A DNA stretch of 64,000 nt, taken from Eledone cirrhosa. Taxonomy: Eukaryota. The notes beneath the pieces are model-generated. The model ran no database searches and was not told where the DNA came from. It saw only the letters and a program-made list of their open reading frames with translations. Position 1 is the stretch's first letter, and every line of letters starts with the position of its first letter. The position numbers were made by a program, and so were the translations under genes. The DNA lies in assembly GCA_964016885.1 (NCBI GenBank), contig OZ024743.1, forward strand, positions 49,786,001 to 49,850,000. Reading direction: 5' to 3'. Positions 55,946 to 64,000 of this stretch are shown here, in pieces.

Positions 55946-56261
55946 GAAAAGAGCAAAGAAAATAAAAAATAAAAAAAGCCTTTCCAACAGTGGGAGTAGC
56001 AGGAAGATCAACACTAAGAGAAAAAGAAAGAAAACTACAGACAAAAATGTGAACTTTTCCCCCTATATATGTACCTAAAAACTAATTTTTCCCCATATTC
56101 TTATTGTTCTTATATACATTTTTAATTTTGACATTGATAGACTATTCTTATTTTTTATTCTATTCTATTTTATTTTATTTTATTTTATTTTATTTTATTT
56201 TATTAATACATTTTTACACTTCTTAATCCAATTTTTAGTATTCAAACTCAATATAAAATAA

Positions 56262-56353
56262 TTGTTTCTGCATTTGGCACAAGGCCAGCAATTACCCAGT
56301 GCGTTACTGGTACTTTATTTTATCTACCCCGTAAGGATGAAAGGCAAAGTTAA
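56262..56353 (-). mobile_element. 5'-truncated family A SINE
   Basis: ttggcacaaggccagcaattacccagtgcgttactggtactttattttatc..aaggatgaaaggcaaagttaa. Confidence 0.85.
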
Positions 56354-56684
56354 TCAATATAAAATAATATACCTAGTTTCTATATTTAGACCTATAATAT
56401 TCGTAATATTAACAGACACCTCATCAATTTATTTATTTATTTTTTTAGCCGTTATTCACAGCTGTTTTTTAATTTTGACAGCGTTCCCGATCAAAAGTCT
56501 CTATCTCTCTCTTTCTTTTTCTCTCTCCTCCGTCTTTCTTTCTTTTTCCTTTCTTCTATTTCTTTTTCCTTTTTCCTTCTTCTTTCCTTTTATTCATTTT
56601 CCTTATTTTTCTCTTCTCTTATATTTTTGTCATATGTAGACTGGACACTTTCTTGTTCACAAGTGTTTTTAGGCCTCATATCAT

Positions 56685-56767
56685 GTTACCTTATTTTATC
56701 TGATGAGAACACAATTTTTGTCCCAGGATGATATTGTTTTCGAAATGCGCATAATAGTATATGTAAC
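56685..56767 (+). ncRNA. Type I hammerhead ribozyme motif with a long stem II
   Basis: Reads ttat CTGATGA gaacacaat-(loop)-attgttttc GAA ATGCGCAT A atag. Core intact, palindromic stem III, AUA site, and distal pairing gttac/gtaac. Confidence 0.7.
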
Positions 56768-56804
56768 CTTTTTTAACCATCTTTTAATTTCTTCTCTCTC
56801 TCTC

Positions 56805-56890
<86 letters not shown>

Positions 56891-56894
56891 TGTG

Positions 56895-57050
56895 TATAAA
56901 AAATAAACAGAAATAACAAAGCAAACGACACACTACAATGAAGAAATATATTAGTTTAACGCTTGAAATAATGGGAAAAGAGTCTTAACGTTTCGGACAC
57001 TGGTCCTTCATTAGAAGATAAAATGAGAAATTAAAAATGAAATAGAAAGA
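56895..57050 (-). mobile_element. Solo PLE 3' terminus with hammerhead motif (56983-57018)
   Basis: Minus strand reads tctt CTAATGA a ggac-cagt-gtcc GAAAC GTT aaga (core G>A change). The shared attagtttaacgct block is present. It lies between (TG)n and (CA)n. Confidence 0.7.
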
Positions 57051-57092
57051 TATATAGTGAGAAGAGGAAGGAACGGCAAAATTGAGAAAAAG

Positions 57093-57207
<115 letters not shown>

Positions 57208-57228
57208 CGCACACACAAACAAACACAA

Positions 57229-57259
<31 letters not shown>

Positions 57260-57427
57260 CACACTCACACAAACATACACACACACACAAACACACATGT
57301 CCGTATGAGTCATCAATTTTGGAGATATTTGTCAGTACTAAGAATGAGGACAAGGTGCATTTAATAAATGTTGTTATGTTTATGTGGGTGTCTATCCCCA
57401 CATCCGACTTTTATTGCGTGCTTTTGA

Positions 57428-58310
<883 letters not shown>

Positions 58311-58319
58311 TATATATAT

Positions 58320-58470
58320 GTAAAAGGTAAACAGAAATAACAACACAATCGGTACAGTATATGGAAGGGATATATTAGGTTAATGCTTGAAATAGCAGGA
58401 AGAGGGTCTTAACGTTTCGGACGCTAGTCCTTCACCAGAAGAAAGAATGAGAAATAAGATAAATTGAGGG
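58320..58470 (-). mobile_element. Solo PLE 3' terminus with hammerhead motif (58407-58442)
   Basis: Paralogous to 56895-57050. Minus strand reads tctt CTGGTGA a ggac-tagc-gtcc GAAAC GTT aaga (core A>G change). Confidence 0.7.
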
Positions 58471-58615
58471 GACGCGGGGGGGGGGGGGGGGGGGGGTAGA
58501 ATTGGAAAAAAATGTCTTTAGATAAAAATAACAGGTCCATTCATGTTGACATCTCTTGCAAAACTGTTGGTGTTGGCGTTTTGTGTATGATTTATATTTT
58601 AGAAAAGTGGATGAT

Positions 58616-58665
<50 letters not shown>

Positions 58666-58674
58666 TTATAAATA

Positions 58675-58745
<71 letters not shown>

Positions 58746-58884
58746 AACAATGAGTTATAAGGTTTGTTGATTATTCAACAAAGTTAATTTTACAACAGAT
58801 TAGAAGCACTCTACAATTTTTATCTGGAGTATCGTTAATATTAACAATATTAATAAATGGAAAATATCTTTACAAAACCATATT

Positions 58885-58945
58885 TATTTTATTATACATA
58901 TTTCAAGAGTATTAACATTTTAGTACGCTTTCGTCAGATAAAATA
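58885..58945 (-). ncRNA. Type I hammerhead ribozyme motif, AT-rich family
   Basis: Minus strand reads tattttat CTGACGA aagcgtactaa-aatg-ttaatactctt GAA ATATGTAT A ataaaata: 8-bp stem I, long stem II with two mismatches, intact core, AUA site. Confidence 0.72.
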
Positions 58946-59884
58946 TAATATTTGGTGTTAAGATCGTGACATACCATCGTGTGATCTTAATGGCATAAGC
59001 CCACTAAAGGTAGTGATTCCAAATATATATATATTTATAAATTATGAGAATGGGGCATATAGCTGGAAGAATGGATGCACCTTGCTGTTGATTCTGCTGA
59101 GTTTCCTCGCCCTTTGCCGGGTCTTGTATTTTATCCCGCAGGGTGTCCAAATATCACCAAGCATGCTTGGTGGGGTTGTCCCCAGTTGTCACAACACCTT
59201 TCTAGGAGAGGGAAACTTTAAAAACAGAAACTTGCGGCTTCAGAAGCATCCGATGATGTTGACCAGTTCTCCTTTTCGGGTAGTGTTTTCGATGCTCAGA
59301 GAGTGGGATTGGTCGAGTGCAAGGTCTTTCCCCACTTACAAAAACCTTCACAGGTATTGCTTGTTCAGGTTATGTTACAGGTTCGAGTGGCTGGCCGTAG
59401 CCTAAAAGTGCGCCATTTTCTGTAATTTGACAAGAGATTACAATACTCTTAGCAGAGTTTGCAGCCATCATATATGTATGTATGTATATGTGTGGGCGCG
59501 AGCGTCTGTGTGTATGTGTATGTATGTAAATGTGTGTATGTGTGTGAGTAAGCGAGATTCTGCGCGGTTTCTACCATTCACTTACTAATTAGAGTGTCTG
59601 TATAAGCAGTGACGTCAGCTAGTAGTCACATGACGAACTCTTACACGTTAGCAACACAAGGAAGAAGGGAAAGATAAAATGTGTCGAAGATTTCCCAATC
59701 TAGATGTTTGTCTCGAAGTATGCCAGTGTCTGCTGCAAATGCTCGATATTTAATAGGCTTATCGTGTAACTGGTTGGTTTTCTTAACGTTTACTGGAATA
59801 ATTCGGAAACTAGAAGAGAGAAGAGTTTCTCAAGCAAATCCCAAAGGAAATCAGGAGACAATCAAAGAGAAACCACAACTGCAA

Positions 59885-60730
59885 CCATCATCACCACCAT
59901 CTCCATCTCCATCTCCACCACCATCACCACCATCACCATCACCACCACCACCATCACAACCGCCATCACCATCATCTCCATCACCATCACCACCATCTCC
60001 ACCACCATCAACACCATCACAACCACCATCACCACCACCATCAACATCACTGCCACCACTATCACCACCATCATCACCACCACCACCATTAATGCCACTA
60101 CTATTACCACCATCACCACCATTACCACTATCACCACCATCACCATCACTGTCACCACTATCACCACCATCACCACAATTGCAACCACCATCACCATCAC
60201 CATCACCATCACTGGCACCACTATTACCACCATCACCACCATCACCACCATCACTGCCACCACTAACACCATCCTCACCATCATTACCACCATCACCACC
60301 ACCATCATCTCCACCACTATCACCACCATCACAACCATTACCACCATCACTGCCATCACTATTACCACTATCACCACTATTACCACCATCACCATCACTG
60401 CCACCACTATTACCACCATCACCACCATTACCACCATCACCATCACTGCCACCAGCACCACCACCACCACCACCATCATCACAACAACAACAATTACTAC
60501 TACTACTTCTACATAAACAACTATGAAATGTGTTGCTGCCACCACCACACCACCCCGACCACCACCACACTATCACAAACATAAACACCGTCATAACCTC
60601 CACCACCGCCATCATCACCACCACCACCATCACCACCACCACCACCACCACCACCACCATCACCACCACCACCACCACCACCACCACCATCATCACCACC
60701 ACATCAACAACAACTACTACAACTACCATT
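59885..60730. repeat. Degenerate (CAC/CAT)n microsatellites
   Basis: Direct reading. The Pro/Ser, Gly/Asp and poly-His ORFs are treated as artefacts. Confidence 0.9.
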
Positions 60731-60749
60731 ACATAAACAACAGTAACAC

Positions 60750-61115
60750 AGACTCAATGTACAGCTCAACTACAAGTTTTAAAACTCACTCAATATACAG
60801 CTCAATTACCTATTGTAATACAGGCTCAAAATACAGCTCAACTATGAACTAAATAACTGGCTCAATATACAGCTCAACTATCTGTTGTAACATCGAGTCA
60901 ATGTACAGCTCAACTATCTGTTGTAACACCATCTCAATGTGCAGCTCAACTATCTGTTGTAACACCGACTCAATGTACAGCTCAACTACATGTAATACAG
61001 ATTCAAAATACAGTTTAGCTATGAACTAGAGAACTGGCTCAGTATACAGCTCAGTTGTAATACCGACACAGTATACGACTCAGTTATGAGCCAAGAACCT
61101 GACTCAATACATAAC
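60750..61115. repeat. Degenerate tandem repeat built on caat(g/a)tacagctcaacta
   Basis: The motif recurs about ten times at ~30-35-bp spacing. Confidence 0.75.
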
Positions 61116-61423
61116 TTAACTCTCAATCGACAATCTCAGTGAAAACGAAGAGATTATATTGACAATGACAGTAGAAATGGTTTTAGCAAGGAAATCTTTG
61201 AAATGATACATTTAGCCGTTATCGTTTGGTGGATCTGTTTTCGCTGTTTAAATACTGCAACAACATAATAGAGTTAATTCAATTAGATTAATGAATCGTT
61301 GTAGTAGGAAGGGGGGAAACTTCTGGTGGCGGTGTGTGGCAAGATAGAAGAAAATATATTGGATTAAGTGGAGCTATAGAATGGCTAGGAGGAAGGAAGG
61401 GGGATTTCTGGACGAAAAATAGC

Positions 61424-61461
<38 letters not shown>

Positions 61462-61506
61462 ATGGGGAGTAAGTTGTAAATGAAAAAAAAATGAAGAAAG
61501 CGTATA

Positions 61507-61704
61507 ACAATAATAATAATTGTTTCTACTTTTGGCACAAGGCCACCAATTACTCAGTGCATTACTGGTACTTTATTTTATCGACCCCGTAAGGATGAAA
61601 GGCAAAGTTAACCTCGGCGGGATTTGAACTCAGTCCGTAAAGGGACGTAACTGTGCTGCAAAGCATGGCGTCCGACCCTCAACCGATACTGCCAATTCAC
61701 CACC
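61507..61704 (-). mobile_element. Full-length family A SINE with (ATT)n tail
   Basis: Complete reverse complement of the 196-bp unit seen at 6199-6590. Confidence 0.9.
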
Positions 61705-61732
61705 TTTATTTATTATTATAATATTATATATT

Positions 61733-61768
<36 letters not shown>

Positions 61769-61770
<2 letters not shown>

Positions 61771-64000
61771 TTTCTTTATTAACCACAAGGGTTTACATAA
61801 AGTAGACATTAAGGACAGTGCAGGACAATGCAGGACGGTACAAATGGGCATTTCTGCGTGTAAAAAACAAAAACAGAGGATGTAACAAAAATAACAATGA
61901 AAATAACAATGAAAAATTCCCCAATAGGGGGGAGACTTCGGAGGGACATTTGTGGAGAAAGCCCAGTAAAAGCCACAATGACCCTGACCACCAAGGCAAG
62001 TGCCCTCTCCCAGTTTTCCACCTTTAATTTACAGATATATACTCAGAGTAGGCCCATTCACTCGGGCCATTCTTGCTTCTCTCACCCATCTTTCAACAAA
62101 ATGCTGGGAAGAGAGCACTTCCCTCTCTACTCTGATTTTCCTTTTCAAATGAAATTTGAAAAAGTCAATCAGAGCATCACCGAAGAGGTAAGTGCTCGTC
62201 TTCAGCCCTTTCAAACGTGTCCACCATACTATCTCTTTCGCCATGGCCACCAGACAGATAAAAACTGCCTGCCCTTCCCAGCTAAAGGAAGAGGGCGGGG
62301 CAATCCTCACGATGGACTCAGATGATAGCTGGATCCGTCCTAAACGCGACAGCAGGTGTTCGACATAAACCCACAAGTCAGCAATTTTCGGACACTGGAC
62401 GAGTGCGTGCAGGACGGTTTCGTCGCCCTGCGCGCATCTCGGACATGCCCGGCTGACGGCACCTCCATGCCAGTAGAGTTTATCCCGAACTGGCAAGGCT
62501 CCTCGGTAGCACTGCCAGGCCAGAGATTTCTGGAAGTTGTCCATAGGCCCCGGCCCGAAAGTTCTTCCGAAGAGATTGGCTAGTTGATTTTCGTCGACGC
62601 CTAGAGTTTCCCCAAGTACGTCGTCGCTCTTCCCCTCCACTAATCCTCTATAGAACGCCGAGGTGGAGTTTCCACCGATCACATTGCCCGATTGGTCGAG
62701 GGCTGTGAGCGCCTGAAGACATTCCAGTCTCCAGGCGCTCCCTCTCGGTCTTCGCTTGACCCAGGACTGCAGCTCCGTCAAGGAAACGAGCTAGGGAAAT
62801 ACGCACCTAGCAAACGGCGACCACACCTGATCACCGTCGAGGAAGAGGTAGAGATGTCGTAGCCTGAGCGCGTGCCTGCGCATCATCAGCCACGGCATGC
62901 CCAGCCCTCCACGTAGCGGGTGTTGACAACAGATGGACCGCCTGACCATCGGAGCACGTCCCTTCCACAAAAAGCGAAAGAGCAAACGCTCCAGCGCAGT
63001 CAGGCGAGGCTTAGGACAAGGTACGACGGTCAGGCGGTAGCAGATGACAGACGCGATGTACGCGTTAGCCACCTCCGCTCGACCTTTCAGGGATAGCTTC
63101 CTCTCCGCCCATTTCTGGGTGAGAGAAGCCACCCTGCTCGTCACCTCGTCCCAGTTTTTGTCCGCCTGGAGGTCCGGACCGAACCAGACCCCTAGCAATT
63201 TAACCGGTCCGTCCGTCCAGCGTCCGACGACGCTGTTGGACGTCATGGACCTGCCTCTCCAGGTGCCGAGCTGCAGGCCCACTGACTTTTCCTGGTTGAT
63301 CATTGCTCCTGTCACCGCTTCGTATTCTCTTAGTGTAGTGCCGATCGCCTCGATGTGTTTGGCGTTCGACACCACTACGGTGACATCGTCCGCATATGCT
63401 GACACGGATCTTCCGCATCCTAGTTCGCGCGGGACGCCCCTCAATGTCTCCAGTTTGTGCAGTAATGGCTCGAGAGTCAATACGTACAAGAGGGACGAGA
63501 GGGGACATCCTTGGCGGACCGAGCGCATGATGTTGAACGGTTCCGACAGGTGACCGTTCACTCTCAACACAGAGCAGATGTCGCTGTGCATGGCAGCGAT
63601 CCAGCCTCTGAAGATGGGCCCAAAGCCAGCCGCCCTCAGGATTGCCGCTAGGTAACGATGGTCGACCCTATCGAAAGCTTTCGACTGATCTAAATTGATC
63701 AAGGACCCACCCGTGCCAGGTTCCCTAGCTACCCTCTCTACGATGTATCGCATGAGGTGGAGGTTGTCGTGGACGGATCTGTCGGGAATGGCGCATGTCT
63801 GCGCCTCTCCCACCAGACCACCAACGACAAGCGCCAACATCTTTGCTAGCACCTTGGCCAAAATCTTGAACTCTGTGTTTAGCAGAGTTATGGGCCGGAA
63901 ATTATCTATGTTATCCCCCTTGTTCGGATCCTTTCTCAGCAGTGCCACCGCTCCTCGGCTCACAGAACTGGGAATTCTCCCGTTCTGTTGCCAGTTGCAG
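61769..64000 (-). mobile_element. Tx1/L1-group non-LTR retrotransposon, copy 2 (runs off the window)
   Basis: Related to but diverged from copy 1. It has the same 3' end, AATAAAGAAATC followed by (ATT)n at ~61734-61768. Confidence 0.93.
62029..64000 (-). pseudogene. ORF2 RT and C-terminal domain with a single in-frame stop at 62791-62793
   Basis: Motifs NFRPITLLN, DQSKAFDRVDH, RQGCPLS, YADD, GGLG and CPRC..ETVLH..C. The two track ORFs are in the same frame, and copy 1 has CAG at the stop position. Confidence 0.92.

Noticed and set aside
59681-60852. Extensin-like Pro/Ser ORF and poly-His ORF
   Set aside because: They derive from (CAC/CAT)n triplet repeats that are open on both strands, with no supported splice or domain context.

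Overview
Repeat-saturated eukaryotic (animal) genomic DNA with no recognisable host gene. The SINE repertoire and microsatellite load suggest an octopus or other cephalopod, which is an inference. About half of the window is tandem DNA: microsatellites plus 8-, 13-, 15-, 16-, 20-, 24/27-, 30/31-, 45- and 59-bp satellites. Nearly all long ORFs in the supplied track are translation artefacts of these arrays. The real coding remnants are all transposon-derived: two Tx1/L1-type non-LTR elements, at least three Penelope-like (PLE) fragments, two RTE fragments, a CRE-type C-terminus and an internally deleted mariner. Non-coding elements include tRNA-derived SINEs, a Tigger/pogo-type MITE and three non-autonomous Helitrons joined head-to-tail, inserted cleanly at an A|T site in a 59-bp satellite. 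The most notable signal is nine type I hammerhead-ribozyme motifs of several sequence families, read by eye on both strands. They sit in PLE 3' ends and in short non-coding cassettes lodged in or beside (TA)n/(TG)n microsatellites. One of them (43603-43682) has a long, nearly intact stem I inside a ~220-bp non-coding unit, making it a candidate retrozyme-like or non-autonomous PLE element.
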